Shown here piece after piece: positions 24,024 through 38,000 of a DNA stretch of 43,018 nucleotides (the first letter of the stretch is position 1; the number at the start of each line of letters is the position of its first letter). Below the pieces are notes generated by a model. That model was not told where the DNA came from. It ran no database searches and was given only the letters and a program-made list of their open reading frames with translations. Source of the DNA: Clostridiales bacterium (GTDB lineage Bacteria > Bacillota > Clostridia > Christensenellales > UBA1242); NCBI GenBank assembly GCA_918241715.1, contig CAKJYB010000014.1:1-43018 (forward strand), written 5' to 3'. The position numbers and the translations under genes were made by a program.

Positions 24024-26033
24024 ATGGCAAAAAGCAAAGCAAAATCTTTTATCTTACGTCTAATTATTCTTGCCGTTGTAGGCTACGTTGTCGGAGCTGC
24101 CCTTGCTTACTTTGTTGACAATGAAGTAAAAGGTGATATTGTAAAATGTCTTACAATTGACTGGGCATACTTCGGTGCTGCTGCAGGTGCAGGACTTGCT
24201 CTTCTTTCTCTTTTCTTTAAAAAACCAAAGAAGAAAATGGGTGCAGAAACAACAGGTAAAACTTCTTCCGGTGAAGAAATGGATTTGTCCTACGATGCAA
24301 AATGGTTGCTCCCAGAAGACATTAAAGACCAATTTGGTTTGATTGCAACCACATGGTCCGGGCTTCCTTCTCTTAAAAACACTGGTATTGTGTTTAGAAG
24401 TTGCATGGAAGGTGGAAAATACCATATCGCAATGAAAGACGAATATCACTGCTTGGTTATTGGTACCACCGGTTCTGGTAAAACAAGTATCGTGTTTGTT
24501 CCAACAATCAGAATTTATGCACACTCTGGAGAAAAACCATGTATGGTTATCTCAGACCCTAAGGGCGAACTTTACACAAAGACAAGCAGAATTTTGGAAG
24601 ACGAAGGATACAGAGTTATAAAATTTGACTTGCGTGATCCATTCTCTTCAACAAGATGGAACCCTATGGAACACGCCTTTGAACTTTATCACAAAGGTAA
24701 AAACTGCAAACACAACGTAAAACGTTGCACAAACGGAGCAAGACCAGAAAGCGTTGGATACAAAACAATTCCTGGTGAAAGATATGGCGAAGAATGGTTT
24801 GGTTTTGAAGGCGTTGCTTACCCAACAGAAGACGCTGTAAGAGTTGCCGTTCTAAGTCAAGAACAAATCTATTGCGACTTGGCACAAAGCGAACTTAAAG
24901 AAATCTGCAACACGGTTGCACCAAAAACAAAAGGCTCCAACGACCCAACATGGGAAGAAGGTGCACAAGACTTCCTTTATGGTTGTGCCCTTGCCATGCT
25001 TGAAGATAGTATGGACCCAGAACTTGGAATGACAAAAGATAAATTCAACTTCTACAACCTTTACAAAATTGCAACATTCCGTGATCCAGATGCTGACGCA
25101 CCATTTGAAACGGTCAGAAAATATCTTCTTCAAGGACGTGACGAAGCAACAAGTGTTGTTCCAAACCTTACATCAGCTGTTATTAACAACGCACCAAATA
25201 CAACAAAATCATATATCGGTGTTTTGAATGGTAAAATTTCTTTCATGAATGATATTGGTATTTCTTACCTTACTTCAGAAAGCGACATAAACTTTGACAC
25301 CTTCACCGACAAACCTACAGCAATTTACCTTGTTATTCCAGATGATAGAGAAGAACGTTATACCCTTGCAACATTGTGCATCTCTCAACTTTACAAACGT
25401 CTTGTTGACAAAGCAAACTCTTATCATGGTGGAAAACTTCCAAAGCACGTTTACTTCATTTTGGACGAATTCGGAAACATGCCACCAATTCCAAAATTTG
25501 ACAGCATGATTACCGTTTCCCGTGGTAGAAACATTTTATATGAAGCCGTTGTTCAGTCTTACACGCAGATTGAAACAAAATATGGCGCAGATGCTGCAAA
25601 AACCATTATCGGAAACTTCAACTCTCAAATTTATCTTGGAACAGACGACCAAAAGACAAGAGACGACTTCTCCAAGATGTGTGGTGAAGTTCAGTTGATT
25701 CACGAAGAAAAGAGCACGTCCAAAAACGAAAAGGACGACAAAGACTCCAAGACAACAAACACAAGCGTTCAAAGAACAACCCGTGCCCTTATCACTTCTT
25801 ACGAACTTGGACAAATTCCATTCGGTACAATGGTTGTAAAACTCTTCAGATACAACCCAATGAAACTTAAAGGAACAAGAAATGACCAAGTTCCATTCTT
25901 CTATAAGAAAGAAGCAGAACAAACGATTGGCGCAATGAAGAGCCTTGATACAGCAAAGGTTTACTATGATATCAAAATGAGAAATAAAAAGGTTATAAAG
26001 CCTTCTTCTTCAGGGTTTGGAAGTTTCTTCTAG
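24024..26033 (+). CDS. VirD4/TraG-family type IV coupling protein-like ATPase
   Basis: 669 aa. Two N-terminal TM helices, Walker A GTTGSGKT, VISDPKGELY, Walker B-region YFILDEFGNMPPIP and SRGRNILYEAVVQSYTQIETKYG, all typical of T4CP (TraG/TraD/VirD4) proteins. SD AAGGAG upstream. Confidence 0.75.
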   Translation: MAKSKAKSFILRLIILAVVGYVVGAALAYFVDNEVKGDIVKCLTIDWAYFGAAAGAGLALLSLFFKKPKKKMGAETTGKTSSGEEMDLSYDAKWLLPEDIKDQFGLIATTWSGLPSLKNTGIVFRSCMEGGKYHIAMKDEYHCLVIGTTGSGKTSIVFVPTIRIYAHSGEKPCMVISDPKGELYTKTSRILEDEGYRVIKFDLRDPFSSTRWNPMEHAFELYHKGKNCKHNVKRCTNGARPESVGYKTIPGERYGEEWFGFEGVAYPTEDAVRVAVLSQEQIYCDLAQSELKEICNTVAPKTKGSNDPTWEEGAQDFLYGCALAMLEDSMDPELGMTKDKFNFYNLYKIATFRDPDADAPFETVRKYLLQGRDEATSVVPNLTSAVINNAPNTTKSYIGVLNGKISFMNDIGISYLTSESDINFDTFTDKPTAIYLVIPDDREERYTLATLCISQLYKRLVDKANSYHGGKLPKHVYFILDEFGNMPPIPKFDSMITVSRGRNILYEAVVQSYTQIETKYGADAAKTIIGNFNSQIYLGTDDQKTRDDFSKMCGEVQLIHEEKSTSKNEKDDKDSKTTNTSVQRTTRALITSYELGQIPFGTMVVKLFRYNPMKLKGTRNDQVPFFYKKEAEQTIGAMKSLDTAKVYYDIKMRNKKVIKPSSSGFGSFF

Positions 26034-26046
26034 AATTAAATTTAAA

Positions 26047-26080
26047 ACAAAAAAATCGGCAATTAAATGCCGATTTTTTC
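26047..26080. terminator. Bidirectional terminator between the T4CP-like gene and the giant gene
   Basis: A run, ATCGGCA-ATTAAA-TGCCGAT hairpin (7 bp), T6 run. Confidence 0.8.
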
Positions 26081-26095
26081 TTATTGTCTTTTTGC

Positions 26096-29000
26096 TTAAA
26101 TAACAGCCTTTGTGAATGTTACTTGAAGTTTGTATGCCTTGACAACTTGCACGTCTCCTTCGGTTGTTGTTACCTTGATGTAGTATTCTTGCACTACAGG
26201 ACTTGACAAGTCTGAAAGGTTTGTTTCTGTCCTATTTTCAAGAATTCCCAATTGTCTGTTGAGAACAAAGTATTCAACTCTTCCACCACCTTCTCCAAGG
26301 ATATCTTCGTCAAGACTTGAAAGTTGATATTGGTTGTTTTGTTGAACTTCCATATCAAGTGTTTTTACGCTTTCGTATACATATATAGTATATCTTACAA
26401 TTGCGTTTTTGTTTGTTTCAACGTTTGTCTTTCTGATAAAGAAGTCTTCTTCTATCATATCTGCAGTTATCTTTTCGGTGTTCTCAACTATTGTAAGTTT
26501 GTTGTTTTCGTCAATTCTATATACGTTGTAGTTTCCGATATTTGCAACATCAAAGTTTTCGTCGTAGAGACTTAAAATTGTCTTCTTTAAACTCTCTTCG
26601 CTTGTCGTTTGCTTTTGAATTATGTCATAAGCAAAACCTTTTGAACTGCCGTAAATGTAATATGTTACTCTATACAATATATAATAGTGTTGACTTTCTT
26701 TTGTGATATCTGCCAAATAGAACACTTCGTTTTCGTTGTCTGTTTCAGAGAACACATCTTCTTCTTGAGTTGTTCTTTCAAATGTTTGTGTTGGAGAATC
26801 TGCTCCTACACTGCCAACCTTATAGAAGTTTGAGATTTGTTCTTCATTTTCTTTGTCAAGTCTTCTCAATGCAAAGATTTCTGTTGCTTGCTTTTTATAG
26901 TAAAGTTCTCTGTCAGCCTTGTATACATAAATCATGTATTTCTTGTATGATGTTGTGTTTTGTGAATTGTCATATTTTACAACTTCATATTCAAAATATC
27001 CACTTTCGTTAAACGTTTTTGAGTCTATTTCGTTGTCTTCGCCTGCGTTTATTGTAAGCCCATCAAACTCAACTTCTTCACCTTCTTCAATAACGTAAGT
27101 AAGCTCTGATCCTTCTGCTGAATTATAGCAATAGAATGTTGCTGTAAATCTGAATCCGTTGTTTGTTGCTGTGGCCCCATTCAATGTTACTGCTGTTGCA
27201 TAAATTGTAAGGTCATGCTTTCCAAGACTTGTAAACTTCCATGTGTCAAGATTGTCAATATGATATACATTTGAATTGTCTTTAATCACATGATAATGAA
27301 TGTTTGTTGCGTTTGCAAAGTGATCTTTTACATACTCTTCAAAGATATCACTCAATTCAAACTCTTCATTGATTTCTTTATAATTGTTTTCATCAAAGGT
27401 GTCAGATGTGCTTACAACGCTTCCAATCATTGCCTCTGAAGAGTCTTTGTAATAAGTTCCATTTTCAAGGAAGTAAATTGTGTTTCCTGCCTGTCTTATT
27501 TCTCCACTTTCTGCCGATATTGTCTGTGAGTTTGAAAGTGTTGTTTGAACAAGATACATTCTCACTTGACCAATTCTGTTGGAAGTTGTCGTTTCAAATG
27601 TTCCGTCTGCTGTGGAAATCTTTACATCAATATTGATGGTGATTGTCCCAGATGCAATATCAAATGTTTCATGTGTGTAAATGTTTCCGTTTTCGTCAAT
27701 GAATGCAGCACCTGCACCACCAGATATGTCATCATTGATTTCAAACTTAAGCATATGAGTTGAAATGGTTGAAAGCAAATCTTCTCCAGAAATGCTTATA
27801 AGTTTTATGCGCTGTGCCCACATTGTGTAAGGAATTACATAGTATGGTCTTCTTCCGTCTGCTGTATACTTATAATATGTTTGAACAGGAATTCTGATGT
27901 TTCCTTGTGTATCCATATGTTCTGCAGAAACAGGCTCTGTTGCATAATATGCAGGATATACTGAGAATTCTTGTGTGCATTGATACAACCTTTCTACTCC
28001 AACATCATATTTATACTTATATACAAAGTAAAGTCTTCTCTTTGCACAAGATGTTGCCGTTATCACTGCTGGAAGTTCGTTTGAATCAAATATCTTAAGT
28101 TTAATTGCATTTGCACTATAGGTTTTGTATTGGAATTTCCTTGCGCTTACTTCGCCCGATTGAGCAACTTCAGCTCCATTATATCTAAATTTTACGTTGC
28201 TGTTTGGTTGTTCAACGTTCAAGCAAAGGTAACTTGAGTTTGCTGTAAGGTTTGTTGTCAACCCCTTTAAGTTTCTTGTTATTCCAACATATTCTGTTAC
28301 TTTATAGTTCTTTGTATTTGAAATAACAACTTTGTTTCCGTCTAATCCAACAACGCTGTCTCCTTCAACTCTTTGCAAACTGAAAGTTATTGATGCGCCA
28401 GGCTCAAGGTCAACTTCAAGAGTATCGTTGTTTACTTGCGTTATCTGATCATTTTCGGTAAGTTCAACAACGCCGCCATCTCTAAGGTCTGTGGATTGGA
28501 AGATGTTTGTTACTCCAATAGTATTCTTTTCAAATGTAACTTCTCTTTCTATTGTTCCGACGTTTGTTCCATCGGTAAGAGTTATCACCATTTTTATTCC
28601 AGAAACTCTTGTTCCTGTTCCATACAAGAATCCGTCAAGTCTTGGGATTGTTATTGAGTGGTTGTCTTTGTTGTAATCTTGTCCTTGTGCAAGTGTGTTG
28701 TCTGTTTTGCAATAGTATACTTCACTGGACGTAAACATTCCCGTTCCACCGGTTTCTGCCACTTTTGTTTCTCCATAGTAGAATTCAACTTTGGATATTG
28801 TAAACTCTGTTATTCTTGATTTTAATACAGATTGTTCACTTAAACTTACCCATCTCTTCTTGTATCCGTTTGCAGAAATTCCAGAGATCACTGCAAGTCT
28901 TGTTGTTCCGGCTTCTTCACCTTTTATTTCTGGTTGTTCAAATGAAACTGGTGTGTATATTGGTGCCAAAGAATAACTATTATCCCCTTCGGTCCAAACA

Positions 29001-32000
29001 ATATCTTCAACAACCATACCTGCCGTTCCTGTCTCCATTAAAAACTTGAATGGAATTGCCGTTGTGTCAGACTTGTGTGCAAGAGTAAATTCTACACCAG
29101 TGCTTCCGGCATAAACAGTTTTTGGAGCTTGACTAAGAGTCAACCATCCTGTTGACGAAGAGGTAAGTGTCGTTGATGGTGAAACGCTAAAGAATATATC
29201 TCCATTGTATACATTGTATCCTGTGTCAGCATCATTTCTTACATATGCGCCTGTAACATTTATAGAAACAGCGCCATCATGTGAGAAACTGCTGCTTTTT
29301 GTTTTGTCAATCTCCATAGTTTTTATTGTTCCGTGTTCGTTGTAAGCTCTTGTAATAACTTGAAGATCTCTACCATTAACATCTATTGTTTGTGGAGCAA
29401 TAACGCTGTAGCTTGCACCAAATCCTAAAGTTTCTCCTTCTGAAAGCGTGCTTCCACCATTTATAGAAAGTGTTGGGTTTTCGTTTCCTGTAAGTTTAAT
29501 GTAAACTCTAATTCTGTATTTGTAATTGTTTATAAGGTCAACATAATAATACTTTTCACCGATTGCAAGGTTTGGAAGAACAATTCCTACATAAGAAGAT
29601 TCTTCTGCCATTCTTGAAATGCCTGTCAAATAGTCATTAAACACATTGCCGTTTATTGTTTCTTGATAGTTTGCGTCTGGCAAATCAAAGCTAAATGTGT
29701 TTGCGTTGTTTCCACTTACTCCAGTGTTTCCATACATATATGCAACAAGAGCATTGTCGTCCGAACTTACATTCATTCTGTCTTTTGCATACAATTTTAC
29801 GGCATTCCCATCTGTTCCTTGATTGTCTGTTACGTTTATTATCGTCTCCATGGTGTTTGCTTCAATCGTAATAGAGTTGTCTTCGTCATCGTATGTTTCA
29901 CCAGCAAACTTTCTTATGTGAAGAATGTTGTCTTCGTCAACATAAGGTATTGTCTCTTCTGTTGCACCATAACGTGTTCCACTATAATATACAGCCGAAT
30001 TTGGAAGAACTTTAAACAAGATGTTGTGTGGAACGCCCACAACTTGATTATCTCCAAATGTAACGCTATATTTGATTTGCATCATAATATAGTTTCCGTC
30101 ATTTTTTGCACCATTTGCAAGAATGCTAAAGTCTGTAGCTTTTCCAGAACCAGTTTCTGACAATGTGATATAGTTGTATCCAGCTTCGTCAGTGTCAATT
30201 GTTGCACCGGCTCTTGGATTTATTGTGTATCTTCTGTGATATTCTTCAAGGACTTCATCTCCACCAATTCTATAATCTGCAAATCCGTAAATATGCAATT
30301 CGATGTTTCCTTGAGATGCTTCCATCATCTGTCTGCTATATGCTGTTTGTGTGCGCTTATTTACCATTCCAAAGGCAACGCCTTCTTCAAACAAACTTAC
30401 TTCTGTTCCGGCATACAATTCTTGAATTGCTGGATCTGATTTTACAGAATCGCAGTTTCCTGCAATGGTAAACTCATATGTCAAATACAATGCATACGTC
30501 TTAGAACTTTCATATTCATTTTCTCCAACAACAAGTGTCAAACTTGCCACAACTGGAGTCTCTGTTTCAAAATGCTCTTGTTTAAGTGCTGTAAATTCAA
30601 CCCCACCAACAACAGCTTTTGTTGTTGCACCAACAACACTCTTTCCGTTTCTATAGGTAAACACAACTCTGCTTGTTGTTTCTGTAGGTGCTGTTTCAAA
30701 TACGTCCAACAAAGCCGATGTCTTTGTCTGTGCTGCTTCTGCAGAACCATAAACGCCTTCGTAAGTATATCCAACAAGTGAAAGCCCGATATCCATTGTC
30801 TTGTTGATTCCGACTTCTTTGTCATTTATCACAACAACACTAAACATGGAATCTTTTTCCATTCTTACGTAGTAGTTTGTGTTTGTTGTAGCGTTTGAAG
30901 AAAGTTTGTATTTCAAAATTCTTCCTTCTTCAAACAGGTTTTGATTCTCTGCACCATAAGTTGACAAATCTTCTGCATAAATCGTTTCTGCCTGAACTCC
31001 GGTGTTTCCGATTGTCGAATAGTTTGTTGCATTTATGTTTGTTTCAAATACGTCTTCTTTGGTTATGATAAACGTATAGTCTCTTTCAACCTTGTTTACA
31101 GAAACTTTGAATGTTACGCTTCCGTCCATTGAAGTATTTACAAGGCTAAGAACAACTTTGGCCACACCAGATGTATAATAATCTCCAACATTTGAGATGT
31201 CTCTTGATGTTCCGTCTTTTACAATTATTCTTGCATTGTTTACGCTTGAAACGACAACTTTCCAATTTTTGGTAATTTCGTCTCCGTTGTTGTCGTCAAC
31301 TGCCAATTCGTTGTCTTCAACTTTTATTCTGTTTTCGTCTGCAAAAATTGCCTTTTCTGCAAAACAAATTTCTTCGTTGTCAGAAAGACCCAAATTGTCT
31401 TTATAATACTCTGTCTCTGTTGTGCCTGTCTTGTCTGGGTCTGGATAATTTACATACAAGAATACGTTTTGTCTTACGTTGTATCTGTATGTAAAGTTGA
31501 ACGTGCTGATTTCTTTTTCATTAAACTGGTAAGCAATTGTGTATTGTGTGTCAAAAGTCTTTACTTCATTGTTTCCAGATGTTTCAAATTCTTCAGGAGT
31601 AAATCTTACTTGTGTAAGTCTTGTGTTTCCATTTACAAACAAATATTCATCATCATCGCCATGATTTACAAACAAACCAAGGCTGTCAAGATAATCAGAT
31701 GTTAATGTATATTCTACATCACTATAATATCTTGCTGTCGAATCCGTCTTGATCATTGATGCTGGCAAGTTGTAAACGTTTGCACTTTCAACTCCAAGAT
31801 TAAATTCAAATGAGAAGTCGTCTATTTGAATCTTTACGTTTGCAACAATGTCCGTTTCGATAAATGCAAACCTTATATACTTGTCTCCGTTCTTTTCATA
31901 TACCACAAACAAATCGTTGTATTTTATGTCTCCTTCTTCTTTGTATGTTGTATTTCCGTTGACAAGTGTAAGTGTCGTGTTGTTTGTTTTGTCAACATTG

Positions 32001-35000
32001 TTGATATAGAAGTTCAACATAACTTCGTTTGTTACAACTTCGTGGTCTTCCCCATAATAGTATGTCTCAACACCTTCAACAGCTTGTGTTGTTTCAACAA
32101 AGTTGTTTCCAGAATCTTTGTAGTAGAACACTACCACATTATAGTTTTCACCTTCCAAAACATAATACGTCTTTGTCCAGTCGTGTTCTGCACTTGTGTT
32201 TTCAACAAATCTTGAGTCTTCCACTCTGAATATGTCTTTAAACTTGTATTCTGTTCCAGAAACAATTGGTTCGTCTACTTTAAGAACATTGTATTGATAG
32301 AAACTTTCTACATTTACAATAATTCTAAATGCAATAAGAGAAATGTCTTTTTTGTTAAACCCTTCTCCGTTGTATGCTGCTTCGTAGAAACCAATCTCAA
32401 AACTTCCATTTTGTGTGATTGTTCCTTTTGGAGTAAATGTGATCTTGTGCGTTGTTGGATTGTATGCAAAATCTTCTACATATTCTGTTTCACCAAGAAC
32501 ATAAGCGTTGTATTCTCTTACCAAAGACTCTGTTCCATTTGATTTTATTGCAAGTTTTGTTTCCAACGTTACTTGTTCTCTTCCTGCAACAACGTTTGTT
32601 GTAAATTTCCCGTCTCTAGCAATAAGTTTTTCGCCTGTTGTGTCTTCCCCATCTTTTCTTGTTACTTCATAAACATACTTTGGAGAATCGTTTATTTTGA
32701 TATTGTATTGGATTGCACTTCCAAACATTATGTTTTCGCCGTTGTAGTATTTTCTTTCAAGGGTGATGCTGTAAACAGCGTTTACATTTTTAAGGTAAAT
32801 TACCATTCCATCTTCATCAATTCCGATTACAAGGTAATTTCCGTAAGCATAATATGTTTGGTTTTCGTAAGTTATTTCTCTTGCAGAAACAAGCACTCCA
32901 TTTGCACGAAGTTCTTTTACTTCTGTTCTTGCCAACGCTGGCCCTTCATAATTGAAACGCTTGTATCCTTCCGCCAAAGAGTCTTTTCCAAACACTTCGT
33001 CAAAACTTATTTCATAATATTTGTCAAGGTAAGCTCCTGTTGCATCTTCAATTCCTTCTCCTGCAGGTGCAACATGGTAGTATTTTGATGTTGTTTCAAG
33101 ATATTCTGTGTTTGTTGCATATGGATATACAACTTCTCCCTTGTCGAAGTTTCCGATAACTTTTATTCTATAATACCAACTAAACGAAACTTTTTCTTGC
33201 AAGTCGCTTACTTTCAATTTTAATACAACATAAACTTCTTGCCCTTTAACAAGGTCTTTTAATGTAAGTTTTGTTTGTCCGTCTGTTGTTGCAAGGCCAG
33301 AAATGTATCCTTCTGCTCCTTCTACAACTTCAAGTTTTATAATGTTGTCTCCTGCTTGATTGAAGATTGTTGAATCAATATAGAATCCATGACGTGTTTG
33401 ATAAATCATTCCAACACTTGTGTCATAAACATCTACATAAGTGTCGTTATCTTCGTCATATACATAATATGTGTCAGCATTTACAACTTCTTCGCTTTGA
33501 TAATTTTCTGATGTTATTGCAACGTAAACATCATTGTCTCCATCATAGTAGAAGAATTCGGCAACTTCATAAGACTCATCTTCTTTTTGGATATAATAAG
33601 TCTTTGTGAAATCAATTGCTCCGTCCAAAGGAATCAAATCGTAAAGAATGTTTGCGCCGTCATTTACAATTGTATATTCTTGTCCTGCAAGAAGTTCTTG
33701 ATAAATGTCTTTGTCTTGAAGTGTTGCGTATTCCCCAAGAAGATTTGCATAGTCAAGATAATCTTCAGAGATTTCTTCTCCATATTCAACAAAGTCGTCG
33801 CCAAGTTTTGTTGCTATTGCGTCAAGTCTTATCCTTATTGTAAGGTTTCCACTGACAACGGCTTCTACAATCACATATTGTCCGTCAGCAAAATATTTGT
33901 CTACATCTGACAAAAGAATTCTGTTTCTAGAAATTCCATCGCCATATTGAATATAACTCATTTCGTTTACGCCAACAATCAAGAATTGTGGTGTTCTGCA
34001 CAACTGATATGTCGTTCCTTGAACAAGCAAAAGTGTATATTTTCCGTCATACAAAACAACTTTTGCTCCTTCAACAATCTTTTGAATCATCTCAACTGCA
34101 TTGTCGCTGAAATAACCTATACTAAATCCAAACTGCGTCTTTCCTTTCTTTGAAACGATAGGGTTGGATTTATCATTTTCCATTACAACGGCATCAACAT
34201 AAATCTTTGTTCCGTCGTTTTTCGTCAATGCAAGTTCTTGTGTATAAAGATTTCCAATTTCATATTCAAGTGTTTCTGGTCTTGTTGTTGCAGTAATCAC
34301 ACCATTTGCGTCAACAGAGATGTATTTGTTTGTTGTGATGTTTTCATAAGAGAATCCGTTTATTTCTGTTGTTCTGTTTAATGAAACGAAATCTGTCAAT
34401 TTTACAATCTTATAGAAGTTTGAAACTTTTGTTGATGCATTTATTGCACTTATGTCAATAAATGGTCTTGCTTCTTTTACAATTGCAATATTAGGAACAA
34501 CATACAACGTGCATGTTTTTGAGAAGGCGTAAGTTGAAATTTCTTGATAGTGCAACGTGAATGTTACGATTGTTGCTTGATATACATCTTCTTTAATTAC
34601 AAGGTTTGCGCCAGAAAGGCTTACAATTCCTGTTCCCTGTGCTTCCGTAAGAGTTACTTCTGCTGTTGACCAATTGTATTTTTTTACCCCGTTGACTTCG
34701 TCAAACTCAAGATATGTGTCAAGAACGTATGTTTCTCCTGCAAACACGCTTATTGCATTTGTGTTGTCTTCACTTGTTTGCAAATAATCTCTGTAGCTTT
34801 CGTAATAAGTGTTAAATCTGTTTTCACAAGAAATGTTTGAGAACAACCAAAGATTCAATGTTATTTTGTAAATTCCGTGTTCCTTTTCCGTGATGTTGAA
34901 CACAATCTTCGTCCTTTCTCCAAATGCAGCCGTCATTCCAATGCTTGTAATTTCGGTGTTTGCATACTTAGACATCTTGTCTCCAATTTCAGATGCTTCA

Positions 35001-38000
35001 CCATTAAATATAAGCATTTTTACAAGGTTTTCAGATTCGCCGTCAGAAAGCCCTGAAAGATAGGTGTTGTCAAGTTTAACTTCATAAGACGATTCGTCAA
35101 CCTTTTCGTCTTCACCCGTGTAAACTTCAAACAGATTTGACAAAGTGATTGTGTCATTTTTGTTTACAAGTTTTTCAACAACAATTTCACTTGTTCCGTC
35201 CAATCTTTCCAATTCGTTTTCGTTTACGTCTGTGCTTACGTCACCTTTTACGTATGACAAACCTTCACTTTTTACTCTAAACGTCAAAATGTCTGGAAGA
35301 ACAGCAACGTCTTGGTTGTCCTTGTCTTTTATTGAAACTTTAAGTCTTGTCGTCTCATAGTCTTGTGATGATGTTGAGTTGAAGTTGAGAATTTTTGTTG
35401 AGTCATTGTTGAAACTCAATATTCCGTTTGCAGAAACAACATCTCCTTGTTGATTTATTTCTGCAAAGTAAATTCTGTAAACTCCATCTTCTGGGTCAAT
35501 GTCGTTTGTCTTTTGGTCTTTCATTCCGTATGAAAGAAGTTCTGCAAGCCCTTCGATGTCTCCAATATCCTGTTCTCCCCAAGAAATGCTTATTCCGTCT
35601 GATGCAGAAATATCAACTTGAATTGAGTTTTCATTTAAGAAGCCCTCTTCCACGTAGGCCGCATTCATTGTTGTTGGATTTTGGTAGTAAATATAGAAGT
35701 GATCTTTTTGTTGGAGATCGTCTTCTGTTTCATAAATTGTTTCAGAATAGAAGTCTCCCCTTTGGTCTGTAAATTGAAGTTGAAGTCCAACATAAATGCC
35801 TTCAAATTTTTTTCCATTTCCTTCAACTGCATCTTTGTTTATTGAAAACTCTCCAACAAATGTTGCTGTGTTTTCTGTTCTGTCTTCCGTTTTTTCGGAA
35901 AGGCTTTGAAGTGTGATGTATTGAAAATCACTTTCGCTTCTTGTAGCATCTAAACACACAACTTTAAGTTTGCCTGAGTTGTAAGCCAAAACAACCTTGT
36001 CGGCATCTGATTCTATATCGTCTGATCTCAATGTGAAATCAAGATAAATCATTGTCTTTTCAGCAAGGCCGTTCATTCTTGTTGATGGAATATAATATTG
36101 TCCGTCTTCGCCAAGAACAATAAGTTCATCTTCCGTGTCAACTCTGTAAGAAGCCGTCATCATTGTTATAGACAACGTTCCTTCAACAACAACTTCTTTT
36201 CCACGCCCAGCAGAAATAATCTGGTATTTTCCTTCTGTTGTATATGGAATTCTGTTTACGTCAGTTCTTACTATTGCCGCTATAACCTTAACTGCCCCAG
36301 TATAACTTTTAAGTGCTGTCAAAATTGAGCTTTCAAGCTCATAGAGTTTATAAGAATCCCTTGTCGAAACACCTTCGATTGTGATTTTTTCATCTTTGTA
36401 ATTTCTTGAGTATTCAACAGCAGGCAAGCAACTAAACACTTCTGTCAAGTCAACATCTTCTGTTGTGTCTGCATAAAGGAAGTATTTTATTGTTTTGTAA
36501 ATGTTTGAAGAATTTATCGCATCAAGATATTGAGCCAAATCAACAGAGCTTGGAATTGCTTTTCCATCTTCGCCGTATCCTATTTGAATCCTCAATGCGT
36601 TTTGGCTGTCTTTCCATGCTGCAGATTGATTTGAACTGAATGCGAAACTTACGGAAATTGATTTTTCGCTTCCACTTTCAAAGAACATATTTATTTGATT
36701 TTCTTTTTCATAGAAGAAGTTTATCAAAAGTTGAACGTTGCTGAGTGTGTTTGAAGCAGAAATCTTCCAGAAATAATCTCCCGTTTCAGCAGGTCTTGTG
36801 TTTGGAAGCAAATAATACGATGTTCCTTCTGGAGCACTTGAATAGTCTGTGCTTGGATTGTAATCTTCAAAAACAATTCTATCTTCAGTAACCTTTGCAA
36901 TTCTTCCACCAGAAATTGTAAAGCCTTCAACACCTTGTGGAATTTTTATTCCAACTTTTCCGTAAAGTGAAGAAAGGGAATTTCCGTTTTTATCTAAAAT
37001 TGATACGCCAAGGTTTTTGTCCCCTTTCGTTGAGTTTGCTGTAAGAGTGTATTCTTTGTCAACATAGACAGAATAGCTTTGTCCGTTTTGAGCAACGTCA
37101 ACTGAATCAACATCAACAGCTTCAACTTTAATGTTGATTGTTGCAGAAAGAACTCTTGGGTCTTTGTTTTCGGCAAGAGTGTCCAAAACTGAGATAAACT
37201 GGCTATATTCTGTCAAGTCTTGATTTTCTTGGTAAAATTTGTATTGATAATATGATTTTGAAAAGGTGTAGCCTTTGATTGTTGTCGTTCCAACTTCGTT
37301 TGCTACAAACTTTTTCGTGCTGTTATCAAAAGAAACAGATCTTCCTGAAACAACAGAATAGAATGTGTCTTTCAATTCTGTTGATCTCATAAACATATAC
37401 TTGCTTCCTTCTGGTTTAAAAATTTCGTTTATGCTAAACTCTGCTCCAACAACAGCCGTTTGTTCTCCACCAACGACATCGTCGTCTTCAATTGAAAGCC
37501 CAAATCCTGTTTCATAAACAGACGGAACGTCAACAACAATCTTTGCTGTTTGAATTGTAAGTTGTATGTTTTCTGACTTTGCTGTCAACACGGAAAATCC
37601 GTCAAGTTCACTTCCCTTAATCCAAGTTTCGTGCAATTCTTCATAGTAGTCGGGTTCAAGAATAACATCAAAAGGAACATTCATTTTTACTTTTTCAGGA
37701 ACTTTAATAACTCCATCGCTTACATAACCATTTACTGCAGGTTTGTTTCCAAAAGAAAGGATTACTTCATCTTCTGTCACATCTTTGGTTGAAGAAACAA
37801 TTGTCAACTTGCAGTCGCTTGAAAGTTTGAAAGTTCCATCTTCAGCATCATAATATCCCTCTCCCACTACATTGTGTGAAAATGACATATCGGCAGGTTC
37901 GACAACTTTTTCTTTGAGAGAACCAGAAAGATAAAGCCCAAGAGCTGTTGCCCCTGAAACTCCAACTGCGCTGGCAATCACAATCAATATTACTTTCCAA

